A stretch of 61,811 nt of DNA, filler included, from Choristocarpus tenellus KU-1152 (Eukaryota; Protista; Phaeophyceae), in NCBI GenBank assembly GCA_964200185.2. It is 7 parts of 7 records of this genome, joined end to end, with 100 filler letters (N's around TTAATTAATTAA, not from the genome) between each part and the next. Parts side by side here need not be neighbours in the genome. Positions count along the whole stretch, not along the records: positions 20,156 to 44,335 come from CAXNAD020000223.1; positions 44,436 to 52,195 come from CAXNAD020005625.1; 5 more parts are not named here. One strand, 5' to 3'. The translations under genes were made by a program, and so were the position numbers. Shown piece after piece: positions 36,901-49,195 of the stretch. The notes beneath the pieces were generated by a model that was given only the letters and a program-made list of their open reading frames with translations, was not told where the DNA came from and did not search any database. How positions within the stretch are numbered: the first letter of the stretch is position 1; each line of letters starts with the position of its first letter.

Positions 36901-37531
36901 GGTAGTGGTCTACATTAAGACTGCGGGTGTTAGTTAGGTTCGAGTAGAAGATCTTCGAGGATATCATTATATCCTAATATCTATCAGCACCACCGGTCTT
37001 GAAGTGTAAACACTCAGAAACTCAATGTTTACCTTGGGGAACAACGTGCGGGCACCCACTTGTTTGCTTTCTTCAGCCCTCATATCCAACTACAAGAAAA
37101 ATATCGTTTTCACCTTATTTAGCCTAGAGACCGGCTCGATCGGTTTTAAGAGGCGTTGTCTTCACCTTCAATATTTCTTGTTCTCAAGTGCAACCTAACT
37201 GTTGCTCTTCAACAAATTGCACAACCCTCTTTGTGCCTTGCTTACTGCGTGCTGGGTTCAGCTGATCCACTACTTGGTGCTACACCTCCCTCTGTTGAAG
37301 GTTGTGCAAGTGCTCATGTTAAAGTTGTTGTGCAATGAAGCCTTGTTTCTCTCTTACGGTTTTCCTGCATTTGGTAGTAGAACAACAGACAGGACAGTAG
37401 GAACAGGAAGGTGTTCAACCCTTTAAAGTTCCTGGTTCTTACCACGTGGACTGAGTCATCAAAATCAGATTTCCCTGAAAAGAAATCTGGCAACGAGCAG
37501 ATTTGAACTCGAACAAACCTCAGTAGGAGTT

Positions 37532-37670
37532 CTGCCCCTCCAACCTAAAGCAGTCCCTGTGAATCGCCCACCAGATCAAGCCACACTATATAAAAGTCAA
37601 ACTATTCGTAGTTGTGTGGAGGACATCGAAAAGCAGGGAATAGTTCTTCCTTCTTAAAAGCCATCAGCCT
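37532..37670 (+). mobile_element. Decayed Ty3/gypsy pol fragment (start of RT)
   Basis: LPLQPKAVPVNRPPDQATLYKSQTIRSCVEDIEKQGIVLPS*KP fits the gypsy pattern PVxxPPYR...I...VxxMxxxGIIxPSxSP, with an in-frame stop. Confidence 0.55.
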
Positions 37671-40367
37671 TTTCACCGTTGTGAAAATCTCGTTGGATGT
37701 ATGAATGATTGTGTACAATGCCCAAAACAAATGCACTTGGTCCTGAGGCTGAGCATTAGTGAATTAACTACATGATATTGTGTTAGCTTCAACCTGGAAT
37801 AACCGTCATGTCAAACCTATTGAGGATGTATTGTCAACTTCGCAAAAAGAATAGGTTACCTTGTGGCAATAAAATCGTAAAAAAACCAACTTGGTTCAAA
37901 ATCAAATTCACAGCTTCGGACATCATGTGAACACTAACCGTATTGCAGCATGTATTCAGGCTACTACAGTAGTATTGAACCCCCAAAATTCTGGGAAAGA
38001 ATTATGAATCTTTTATTCCACCGAATTTGTTCCAAAACACATTCCTCACCACCGCTACTTGGCTACAGTAACTCAACCCCTGTTCACACAAACAAGAAAA
38101 GTACGAAAAAAAAACAAAAGTCTGTCTCATTTGTGGAGACGACCACAACAAAAAGGGTTTTTGTTAGTAATTATAATTATTTCTTTATCGTTACCCCACC
38201 CAGCTTTAAGTTTCCCACGTTTCTGTTAATAATTTCAACATAAAAATGCTATTTTCAATGTAATAGTGCTCTTGACATGAACGATTTTGGGGACTTACAC
38301 AAAAGGTGAGGATGATAGGCTTCAAATTGTTGCACACCATGGTACCCTTTCCTAAAAGCCCTCACAAAGACTATACCTAGCAACTCAGAAACAAAGTCTG
38401 GTAGTAATTACAGTCATCACGCCATCACACATCCCCTTCCATACATACAATTGGAGTAGATACTCCTATGTTGTAGGGCACAGTAATTTCTTAATGGTCA
38501 TTCTGCACTACGTTGACTACGCACACTTCAGTACGAAACGTCAACATATTGATTCAGTCGGTCTTGCCTTGACCTTCTCTACATTGTTCGGACTCCACAG
38601 TGTTGACTTGAATAAATCTGGACGATACACTATACTCCGAAGTATGTGTCCCAAACATACTATCTCGGAAAAACATTTCATATTGATTGAGAGTTATATA
38701 ACAATGAAATCCAACTTCACTATCTTCCTTTTGCTGGAATATTGACGGTCAATCGAGACAGAATCTGATGTGGAAACATCCAAACTTCACTCTTCATACA
38801 TATTATCTAACAGGAGTGTTGACAAACTATGTGAAACTACCAAAGTTCAGATAACACTGAACAATTTGGTCATACTATTGATGTTTGCCCTATAGTGGAC
38901 CCCGATATTATAGTCCAAACACAACCTCAACACGGACCAAAAATATTCTACGTACTACATGACTAAGTTGGAAAAAATACTTATTCCCCAAAAAAGAAAA
39001 AAAATCGTACATCGTATGTTGTCCTATTTTTCAATCCAAGAGTACAAGAGTGAGAAGAAGGTAAACGTTTAATACTGCTGAATGAATAGGTTACATCAAC
39101 TTGTCACTTTCTTGGCAACAAAAAAGTTGTATGATAGTAGTAGGCAATTTTTGGGATCACCAATTGATAGCACCTATGGAGGTGTAGAGTTTAATCCTCC
39201 CACATGCCTTCCATGATCACAAGGTATGGTGTGACTTTCTATATCATCACACCACCATTCAGAACATCTGTGGTGATGTGTCACTCACCGATATGATATC
39301 CTCCCACTGGAAAAGTCCGACTGGGGGATGGTTGCCATCGGGTTCCTCGTGAAGAGTAGACGATGTTGGACATTTCAATGTCAGCAATCCGCTAAGGGCA
39401 ACCCTATCGCGAGTCAAAACAGAGAGACCTTTCATCCAGTATTTGGTAAGGGGTGCAGGTCGTGATGTTGTTAAGAGGTGTAGGATATCAATCTGCAAGA
39501 TGTAGGTCAAAGTGCCTGCTTTTTGCCATATTCAAGACCTACAGGTCTTCATTTCGCCTTTCTAATGGTTCAAGCAAGTCCAAGGAGATTGTATATTATC
39601 TTTTAGAACATTTACCATTTTCAATTGCGACAAAGAAGGTAGTAAAGGTCATGGAAGATCCTCTAGAACCTCAGTCAAATTCCACATGAGTGAAAGCGGT
39701 ACATGATTGCAACATTAAGGAGGAGGTATGACGACGAAGAGTGTGGATTGTCCTCTGAACCAAATCCCTGTGACTGTTGCTATTTTTCGAATTCTCCTAA
39801 CTTATCATCATGCACATTTGACTCTGTTAAAACACCAAAAATGTTTCCTTCAGTTATATTAGAATTAGCGTAAGGGTTTGTATTGTGCATTGACACTCAC
39901 GTTCCTGATCTGTCTTAACAGTCCTTGGAACTTTACAAGACCAGCTATAGGTTACGGCTAAAATCAAAGTATTTGCAAATTAGCGCTTTAACATTGTTGA
40001 TATAATATTATAGTTCATTAATACCTAACCCCCTCGTACAAACAAGAAGTTTGTGAGGGTAACAATAAATGTAGAACATTTAAAATTACAGCTTCAAAAT
40101 TATTGCAAACATGAAAGACAACCTACTATTATGTGTTCAATCCATTCTATTCTACTAATGGTACAATACACACAAGCTATATTATTGAGTTTCCTACAAT
40201 GTAGTATAAATTTATACTACATGCAATGCAGTATTGTATTATGAAAATTGAAACTAAGTCTACTGCACTTACTTCACGAAAAATCATCGTGATATAGTAG
40301 ATCTATTGTGCGAGGCATAAACATAACATCTTTCTACGTAGTACTGAGTATAATATTCGAAATAATA

Positions 40368-40537
40368 AGACCAAAGTATCTGGGAGGGGGGGGTGGGTCT
40401 GCACCAGGGTGTCCATTTGGGGAAAAGTGCATTTACAGTAACCAATCGACATATGCAACCAAACCACCCAAAAATCGTGACATGAAAGTATTGACCCCAA
40501 ATGGACAGCCACCACCCCCTCCCAGATACTTTGAGCC
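40368..40537 (+). mobile_element. MITE family B copy (~170 bp)
   Basis: TIRs CAAAGTATCTGGGAGGGG ... CCCCTCCCAGATACTTTG with internal TGTCCATTTGG / CCAAATGGACA. Aligns with 43067-43237 (reverse) and 51231-51404. Confidence 0.85.
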
Positions 40538-42674
40538 AAAAGGAGGATACTTGAGAGGAGATTAGATTACGATGTAAAACGATATGGGATTGAAGAGATA
40601 CAAATACTGACCAAACATCAGCCATGCCAGACAAGTACCTTTCCATGAACGATCCTCTTGCCCCAAGTAGATACGCTTTTTCTATTTCCCATGATTACCC
40701 CTGCCGAGTAGGTGTGAAAGGATGAAAAAGAAAAGGAGAGCTCAGGCGGAGCACTTCAAGATGGGGTTAAGAAGAGCTGAACAAGACAGAGATGTTCGGT
40801 GTTTAGAAACAGCGAAACAGGAGCACACGAGGGATTTATATATTTGGGAGGGGAAGTTTGTTTCGTAAGGATCAACAGATTAAGAACTGTATGGCTGGGA
40901 GTGCGCTTGAGTTGTACGGACAACAATGGACAGTTTCAAACTGTGAATAGTTATAATATGGGGAGTCTTTATAACCGAATGAACTATTTTGTTATGATCA
41001 TGTTATCTTCTGCGTTTGCGCGTTTTGTTTAGTTTTTTTCTTAGTTGGAAGGGCAATAGTGGACGAACAGTTTATCGCTGTGTATGGTAATGATGAGGAG
41101 AGAGTCTTTCCGTGACTGTACTCCATTCTACGAGACAGATGTCACTTTTTATGTATAAGTCTGTGTTTTCTTGGCCGTTCCTTGTTTCCCGCGTGTATGT
41201 AACTTTTTATGCGGACAAGTCTTTTGTATGACAGTTTCCTGCTTTGTGTGCTTATGCGATTTTTTGCGTGGACAGGACTGTGTGTAACAGCACCCTATGT
41301 TCCATGTCTTAATTATTATTTTACTGTGGTTTCTGTAGGGACTCTTTATTATTGTGGTGGGGTTTATTCACTTGAGTGTTGAGTCAACTGCAGAGTGAGT
41401 ACCAGGCACAAGAGTCACACTAACATACCTATCACTCAGATCAACGTTGGAAGGGAGTTATTCCACAATGCTTCTTCCTCCAGGATCCTGCAATGTTGCC
41501 TATGGATATGATAGGACCCAGTAGTTACATCAATTTCACATCTACTAGGTTCACTTCAGGATAGAGATGCATGTTTCCTCCTTCCCTGTCCAACTTCCAG
41601 GATGATGCGATTGGATCGGCGAGTTATAGGATTCACGTTGGGGGGCATATTACAGGCAATAATGGTTGTATATGGCGGTTTAATGGAACCAGTTACGAAT
41701 TTCCAGTACAAACGTTTCGATGTATATACTTTCGGCTCTCATATATTTTGTTAGACCTGCACAAATACATAGAGGTCGTGTCCTTGTTCTGAATCATACC
41801 CTCTTAACAATAGTTATAGAAAAATATCAATCCCCATCTTCCAAATCTAACAAGACACTCACATTGGTGTTCAAGATACCACCATATAGAATCGTCTCAT
41901 GTTGCACTTGGGTGTGTGGTATTCGTGCACATTTTTTGTTTGTTGTTGATATTCATACTCTGTCTAGTGTACAGAGGAGATGTCTTTCTGAACAGATTAC
42001 TTCCCTCGCGACAGTCCTTTGTAGTATATAATTCTGCCCGCTGACATTTTGCAGATGTGTCAGGGGAAAAAGTCCTTTGTATCTCTTTTTGGTACTGGAA
42101 CTTTGGGCTATTTAAAAGTATAATAATAGATTATTTCTTTGCGGATGGATCTTTAACAGTAGTCTGAGTACGTAAAGAGTCTGAGTAACTATGAGGTGTT
42201 GATGGTCTTTGTGGTTTGCCATTCATTCTATTTTGTCACTAGCTTTGTTACTGAATCTAGAGCTGTTTGATCTTTAATTTCTCTCTCTATAAATATATTT
42301 ATTGTATGTATTTTCTTCCTTACAACATTTCTTGTCCTGCCATTCTGATCAAGTGGAAATCTAATTTTGCAGTAAATAATATGCCAAGGAGCAAAGACTG
42401 TAGGAATAACTGTTCTGTGGGAGGCGTAGAGGAATTTGGAAGCGTATAGATAGGATAAGGATGTCTGCTTTTGTGACCTCTTTAGAGATGACGTACCCCA
42501 TTGTATATGGAAATGTGAGTTAACCATTTCTAGTTTTGTTTTCATCAAAACGGACGGGAAATGGTGGGGAATCGATGAGAGCACACAGGGCTGAGCATTA
42601 AGTTGGTGAGTTTTTTAGTTTCAAATGAAAATAACTTCTTAAATATATTACCTGTTTGATAGATATTCGAATTT

Positions 42675-42746
42675 GGCTTCGTGGTATAATGGTTAGCATT
42701 CGCCCCTGTCACGGGCGAGATCCGGGTTCGATTCCCGGCGAGGTCG
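42675..42746 (+). tRNA. trnD-GTC: tRNA-Asp (GTC)
   Basis: 72-nt cloverleaf: acceptor GGCTTCG/CGAGGTC, D-arm GTATAATGGTTAGCAT, anticodon arm CGCCC-CTGTCAC-GGGCG, T-arm CCGGG-TTCGATT-CCCGG and discriminator G. A poly-T run follows immediately. Confidence 0.95.
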
Positions 42747-42753
42747 TTTTTTT
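42747..42753 (+). terminator. RNA polymerase III terminator (oligo-T)
   Basis: T7 run directly after the tRNA 3' end. Confidence 0.75.
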
Positions 42754-43066
42754 CTCGTCCCCTTGATCGCTTTTTTTGTCACTCCTGGTTTCACCACATC
42801 GATTGACTAGTTTTGTTCAAGTAATAAATGTTACAGAGAGGGGTTGTAGGTATATAGAGTATATATAGTAAAACTAACCACCTATTCACAAAAAACATGT
42901 TCCGAATGGTGTTGATTTTCGCTCCCCTTCATCGAGTCAATTCTTGGAGTGTTTTTTGTTCTCTGATCCATTATTATTGTATGCGTGCAAGTCTGCTTAC
43001 GTGATGTAGTAGTTTTTTCTGTGGTTGTGTTGTATTTCTTACATGATCTTTCCTTTTCTCCCTTCT

Positions 43067-43237
43067 AGCTTAAAGTATCTGGGGCGAGGTGGTGGATGTC
43101 CATTCGGGGCCCATTTTTCCATGTCGCAATTTTTTGGTGATTTGGTTGCATGCGTCAGATCGATAAAGTACACTTCTCATGGTCAGGGCCCGAATGGACA
43201 CCCTGGTGTAGACCCCCCCCCCTAGATACTTTGAGTG
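43067..43237 (-). mobile_element. MITE family B copy
   Basis: AAAGTATCTGGGG ... CCCCTAGATACTTTGAG; reverse-complement homolog of 40368-40537. Confidence 0.8.
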
Positions 43238-43267
43238 AGCCTCTCCATCATTATTGTTCTTCTAATA

Positions 43268-43796
43268 CTCCCTCTGTCCCATATGTCTATTCCTTTATAC
43301 ATGTCCCTCTTCGGGATGACCTCCGATTTCAAACCGGATTTTTGCATTGGATTCCTCGCAGAAAATTACGTAAGATAAGTTACATTTGAAAATGTATATC
43401 CCGAAATTATTCTGAAATGTGGAACAGAGGTTAGGCGGGCATAGACCCACAAGAAGTCACTGAATTGGTGGATTGGCAGCGTTGAGTGAAAGCGAGGAAA
43501 TGTAATCTAATGCAAAAAACATCAAGGAATCCAACGCAGGCATCCGTTTTGAACTCAGAGGCCATCCCAAGGAATTACATGCATAAAGGAATAGACTTAC
43601 GGGACATAGGGAATATATTATCAGTAACACAAAAGATGAGTAACCTATGTTTCAACACGGTCCAGTCCTACTCTTCAAATATAACTCATCTTACGTCATA
43701 GTTTCCGAGGAATCCATCGCAAAAATCCGGTTTGAAATTATAGGTCATCCAGAAAAGGTTCATACATAAAGGAACAGACTTATGGGACAGAGTAAG
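43268..43796. mobile_element. Stowaway-like (Tc1/mariner) MITE with ~120-bp arms and a duplicated right arm
   Basis: Starts TA|CTCCCTCTGTCCC, a Stowaway-type terminus. The left arm 43268-43390 is inverted-complementary to both ~43520-43612 and ~43674-43796. Confidence 0.75.
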
Positions 43797-44144
43797 TTTT
43801 TTTTTTTCCTTCTCCAGTATATATATTCTTGATATTCCAACATGACAGACGAGCCATGTTATATATCAGTCGGTCAAATAGTAATATGAATACGTACTAA
43901 TATACTACCCCCTACAGAGAAAAGGGTCTACTCCTGGATGTGGCCTTCACTGAAGTTCAAGCAGACTGCCACTTCCACAACTCATCAAATAATAAAGGCG
44001 TTACGGCTGCTGTAGAGGTCCATACCATAGTTCTACACCCTAGCCGATGGTCTGGGTTTCCCTACCCACTTGTTCTGAATTGTGTTAAATGTCCAAACAA
44101 GGCACTCGTTCGGAAGAGTGTTTTTACTGATATGATACTACTAC

Positions 44145-44335
44145 GAGTGAAAATAAACGAGAGGTACCCAAAGTTTCGTTTCAAGAATGCTGACAAATAT
44201 ATGCAAAATTCGGCTTTTTTACAAATTCGTATGGGATATTTTCTTTTCGTGTTGAAAAGTCTCAAACAACGGAGAAAGACCCAAAGTATCTGGGAGGGGG
44301 GGAGGGGTCTACACCAGGGTGTCCATTTGGACCAT
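44145..44335 (+). mobile_element. MITE family C fragment interrupted by a family B copy running into the contig end
   Basis: GAGTGAAAATAAACGAGAGGTACCC at 44145 aligns with the 19202 copy up to ~44277, where GACCCAAAGTATCTGGGAGGGG...GTGTCCATTTGG begins. Confidence 0.7.
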
Positions 44336-44442
44336 NNNNNNNNNNNNNNNNNNNNNNNNNNNNNNNNNNNNNNNNNNNNTTAATTAATTAANNNNNNNNN
44401 NNNNNNNNNNNNNNNNNNNNNNNNNNNNNNNNNNNAAAAAAA

Positions 44443-44478
44443 AACACACACACACACAAACAAACACATACACACACA

Positions 44479-44519
<41 letters not shown>

Positions 44520-44786
44520 ACACATACACACACACACACACACATACACACACACACATACATACATACACACACATACATACATACACATACATGCATA
44601 CACACATACATACATACATACATACACACACATACACACACACATACACACACACATACATACACACATACACACACACACACACATACACACACACACA
44701 TACATACATACATACACACACATACACATACACATACATACATACATACACACACACATACACACACATACACACACACACACACA
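44443..44786. repeat. Compound (CA)n/(CATA)n microsatellite
   Basis: About 345 bp of CA/CATA at a contig start. Shorter (CA)/(GT) tracts lie at 660, 1718, 2058, 5770 and 19255, and (TACA)n at 11540. Confidence 0.97.
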
Positions 44787-45810
44787 ATTGGCCGTTGTAT
44801 TTTATGTAGGCAGTAGTATTTGTAATATTATTTTAGCAATGTAACTGTATAATACCAATATTTTTATATTTGTACTTCGATCTCAAGTGTAACTGTCAGA
44901 AAAAAAAGAAAAAAAGTTGGAGAGAGAATGCTACTTCAAGGCAACTTGCTGTGCTTCCCCTCCCTTTCTGCTCTATTCAATATGATAATGTTGTGGTGGA
45001 TACCAGTGCTGTGATTTGTCACTGTATCCTCTGGAGTTGAATTGATTGGCTCATTTATTAAGCATGTTGCGGTCGTCAAACACGATCCCTACGCATACCA
45101 ACTTCAGCCGCATTGGAAAAGGATACGCTTGTGTTTAAAGGTCATGTGAATAGTCGAGGTCGTACTGTCCAACCCTGGATACCACCCTGCCCTGCCTGCC
45201 CTAAGAGAGTTACTGAAAAGGACATCCATTTTGCTAAGGAGGTGCTACCCTACCCTCACCCTCTGCTCCACATTTTTTATTTCGAGTATTTCCTTTGTTA
45301 AGATGGTGATGCACATGTAAGATACATAAGTACCTGTTACTTGAATCTGTGAGGGAATATAATGGTGTAGGGTATTTCTTCATAGTCATTGCTGTCATTA
45401 CTAATTTCTTACAATTCTTGTTATTGTGATTTTTTCCACTTAGTCGGAGTGGGTCTGAGTGGTCTCAGACCTGTCGTGGCATGTCATGGTCAGAATACAG
45501 CTCTAGTGCTCCAGAAGCCCCACAGTAGTTCACCAATTTCATGCACAATCTAATTGTTGCGCTCAAATTGTGAACAAGAAAAATGGTGCATGGTACTTCT
45601 TTTTTTTGAAGGTGTCTTCTGTATGTTTTGTGTATTTTTGAGGTGTGTTTTTGATAAGGGTTTTGTCTATAAGAATTGGTCTTGATCGGAATTCGTTTAT
45701 TCTTTTTGAGTTGAGAAAGGGAGAAAGTTTGTTTTTCAAGGAATTCTCCCCACCAACTCACCCGTTACACAACACACCTCACTCGTCCATTTCCTGGATT
45801 GTTGTGGCAG

Positions 45811-45864
45811 GTCACGTTCCGAGACTGTCAGAGCTATCCCATGTATCTGGTCACCTTCGATTGA
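45811..45864 (+). CDS. Probable terminal exon of a PARP/ADP-ribosyltransferase catalytic-domain protein
   Basis: After ...GTGGCAG the frame reads VTFRDCQSYPMYLVTFD*, matching the PARP C-terminal strand motif VxFxDxQxYPxYLIxF. No upstream exon was found in this contig. Confidence 0.5.
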   Translation, partial: VTFRDCQSYPMYLVTFD

Positions 45865-48599
45865 GTGGTTCGATGCCGACCCTATTTCTGTTACTACTGC
45901 AGTACTACTGCTGCTTCATCTCGCCTCCAGCAAGGCGAAAGTCAGGCACTTCACAATGTTGTTGCCGAGAGGATATAGTAGTATGTGCAGCCTCATATTT
46001 TCATTCCCCATTGCATCATGTCAGGGGTAATAGAAGGCAAACGTAATAGTCATGGGAGGCAGCAAGTAGTGCCTTAGATGCTGGAGTGTGTTCTTATGTA
46101 CGTATGTGTATGTGCTTGTACATGTCTAGGGAGCAGTGCTGATCCGTCCTTTTCAAGGAAATAAAAAGATAGTTTCATGTATTATTTTTGAGGGGAAATA
46201 TGGAAGAGATACAAGTTGTGTGTGTATTGTGCATGGCAGAGGAAAATATAAGGAAGATTTTTTTTTTGTGATGTGGGCGCAGTGAGTTATGTTGTATGTA
46301 GAAGCGACAAAGGGTGGCACCTTATTGTTATTCGTTGAGAAGAATGTATGGGGTTTGGGTGGGGTAGTGGACATCTGGTGGAGTGTGGCTCAGGGATGGA
46401 AAGAAACACAGGTAGGACCAGTGAAGAGCTGTACTCTCATGCTGATTTTGAGAGCTTTCAATCAGAAGGAACCAAGTTAGGGAGGAACACTGTTCACTCT
46501 TATAGCTTTTCACGCTTGGCTCTGCACCATTGGCCAGGAGGTGTCCAGTTCGTTTAGGCTACTGATTTCGTACAGGTGGCCCTTGTGGACCCCTTGTTGG
46601 GAGTTGTTGCTTGTGGGCGTGACAAAGCGTGACAACAGCATATGTGTCCTAAAGACCGAAGGAGACTGTTGTTATGCGATGTAAAAGGATGTAAAATGGT
46701 CTTTTTTGCGTGTAGAGGGTAGGAAGATAGGAATCATAGGAGGGTGAGGGCAAAACAGTAATCTTTCTCCATGTTTTGTGTATGTGTGTGTGTGTGTTTG
46801 TGTGTGTGTGATGTAAGTGTTTATGCAGGGCTATTTCAATGTATGTATGCCATGTTCTGGTATGCAGAGTTTACTTGCAGCCTGCTCTGTTGTTTGTTGT
46901 GTTTGCTTAATCTTCGCATATACAGTCTGTCTGTACAAGGGGCGCGGCATTGCAGTCCTGCAAGAAAGGACTCCATTGGGACAAAGAAAAAATGAGGTCT
47001 TTGCCTGCCATGTTGCCCTGTTTTTCCGTGTCTTATCTTCTTTTCATATCTCATGGATACACATTCATGGAATTGTTGTGAGGTTTTCAGATTTGCCAGG
47101 AGGGAAGTAAGTTTAGGTAGAACTCTTGTGAGCATTGGCATTGACAAATCAATCTGCACTGTTTGTTGTCTTGGTGTGGCCTAATTAGAAGCAGTGCTGC
47201 CGATAAGGTGTGCTCTACTCTTCACATCCTGCCATTCGGTGTACCTGAGCATGGACTGGATGTACTTTTTGAAGTAATACTGCATATTTCATCCTTGTAG
47301 TATTGTGTAGCTGAATTTGTCTGGGGATGATAAGAATGTTCGTCTGTGTTTTTTTGTGTGTTAGGTTACATGTGTGGTATATATGTAGGGCCAGTTGGAG
47401 ATGCTAGCTATGCTGTGTTGGTGTATACGAAATGAGTTTTCCCTTTCGTAAACGACCCCAATGTCCGCAAAGGGTGACAATTATTCTGCGACACTTAACA
47501 GGGTCCGCAGATGTGTGTCGACCCGAGCAATCAAGACATAAGTTAAGGCCCCAGTGAGTATTAGCATTGCCCGTTTTGATCCCTTAGAAGTAATACTTCA
47601 TGGAGGGTGTGAGGTGGTTGCAGGGAGGTCTTAGTTATGCCTTCCTACTGACTAGCTCCACTCACTTGATGCTTGTGGAATTTTCCCCTGCCCACCTGCC
47701 AAGGGAAGGTTAGCAGTGGTTCTTGACTGGAAGCAAGGACAACGGTGTAAGATGTGTTGTGGGGTGGTGTGTGTTTGTTTGCGCACGCACGTGCAAAATA
47801 TAATGTAATAATGCAACGAACTTGAAATATGCCATAGTTTATGTTTCTTCGTAAGAGTATGCTTCAATCGATTGGAATTGGCACATACATAAATTAACAT
47901 TACTTGTATAGGTAAGTGGCTTCTATCGACAAAGAAAAAAAAGTTGTAATTCTATTGTGAGCTTCGTGTGGTTGTACGGACGGATCCAACCTAAGAACAG
48001 TGTACATATATTCATACAGAAGTATATTGTGGGTGAGAACCAGAGTACATGGTATGATCAATGGGATGAGAAGGAATGCCAATTGGGAGAACAGTATCGT
48101 GTGAAGTACTCAGCTATTTGGGAGTATCTGTACTATACCTCTTACTAACCTCCTGCTAGAGCCTCGATTGAGAACAGGAAATTGCATGAGATTTTTGGTA
48201 TCAAAGCAGAAGATTGTGTGTTGAGGATGCTTGTTGCTGCTGCACTACCAATTCCTCCCATAGGATGCAAGCACCTGCTCCTGAAGGCAAGGACAGCAGT
48301 AACTTATATTTGGCCGTCCTTCCAGGTTCCGATTATGACGCCGAATGAAACTGACAACTGCCGACACAGTACAACCAGCATTTTACTCAGTAAAGTAGCA
48401 GTTCAGCCTACTCAGAAGTAGGATCATTCGTAACTAATTGCGAAATCCAAATTGACACACCTGCATTATGTTTGCATGAACATGATAAAAAAAGACTACA
48501 AACCTGGGTCCCATTCATTCCTTTCGGGTCTTTCTGCTTGGTGGAGTTGTGCCTACGGGTTACAGCGACACAATGCGCCGTGCACATCATACTATGAGC

Positions 48600-48728
48600 C
48601 TTGACCAGAAGAAGTGAATTTACATTGTCCATCCACCCGATGCATGCAACTGAATCACCCAGAAATCGTGACATGGAAAAATGGGCCTCAAATGGACAGT
48701 CACCACTCCCCTTCAGATACTTTGATCC
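48600..48728 (+). mobile_element. MITE family B, 5'-truncated copy
   Basis: AAATCGTGACATG...CAAATGGACAGTCACCAC...CAGATACTTTGA matches the 3' part of 40368-40537. Confidence 0.7.
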
Positions 48729-49040
48729 TCAGACTACTTCAAACTAATGCAACTCTTATTCAAGGATTATTTGTTGACTGGAGGAAGGTGCAAGGAAAAA
48801 TCATTCGCAAAACACAACAGGTAGGAGACCAAAGTTTGTGTGTGTGTATGCAACATCCGCATCAAGGCAGGGGTGAGGGTGGACACACTATAAGAAGACG
48901 CGTGGGAGGTTAATATTGCCACCAAGGCGAATGGCTCTTTCTACGGGGTGTGATGCACAGGTGTTTTTGAATACGTCTGGGTGCTTTCTTATAAAATTGG
49001 ACTGCTGATCTAAACCAAGTGAGAGGTAGGCAGTTTCTTT

Positions 49041-49195
49041 GCTTTGTGTGCACAATAATAGTGTATACAAAATTGATATCCCCCCTTTCCCCACACGAAT
49101 TGACACCACAACTATTGATCGAAGGCTCTTTCTGAAATTGTGCAAAATAGCGTCTTTTGCCCTTTCTTGGGAACCTTACAATGCAACCCTGTCTA
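49041..49195 (+). repeat. Dispersed ~150-bp direct repeat (second copy 51933-52085)
   Basis: Shared blocks GTGCACAATA, TTGATATCC, TGACACCACAA, AAGGCTCTTTCTG, TTTGCCCTTTCT and AATGCA.CCCTG occur in the same order. Confidence 0.75.

Noticed and set aside
44380-44809. 130-aa Cys/Val/Tyr-rich and His/Thr-rich ORFs
   Set aside because: They are translations of the (CA)/(CATA) microsatellite and N linker.
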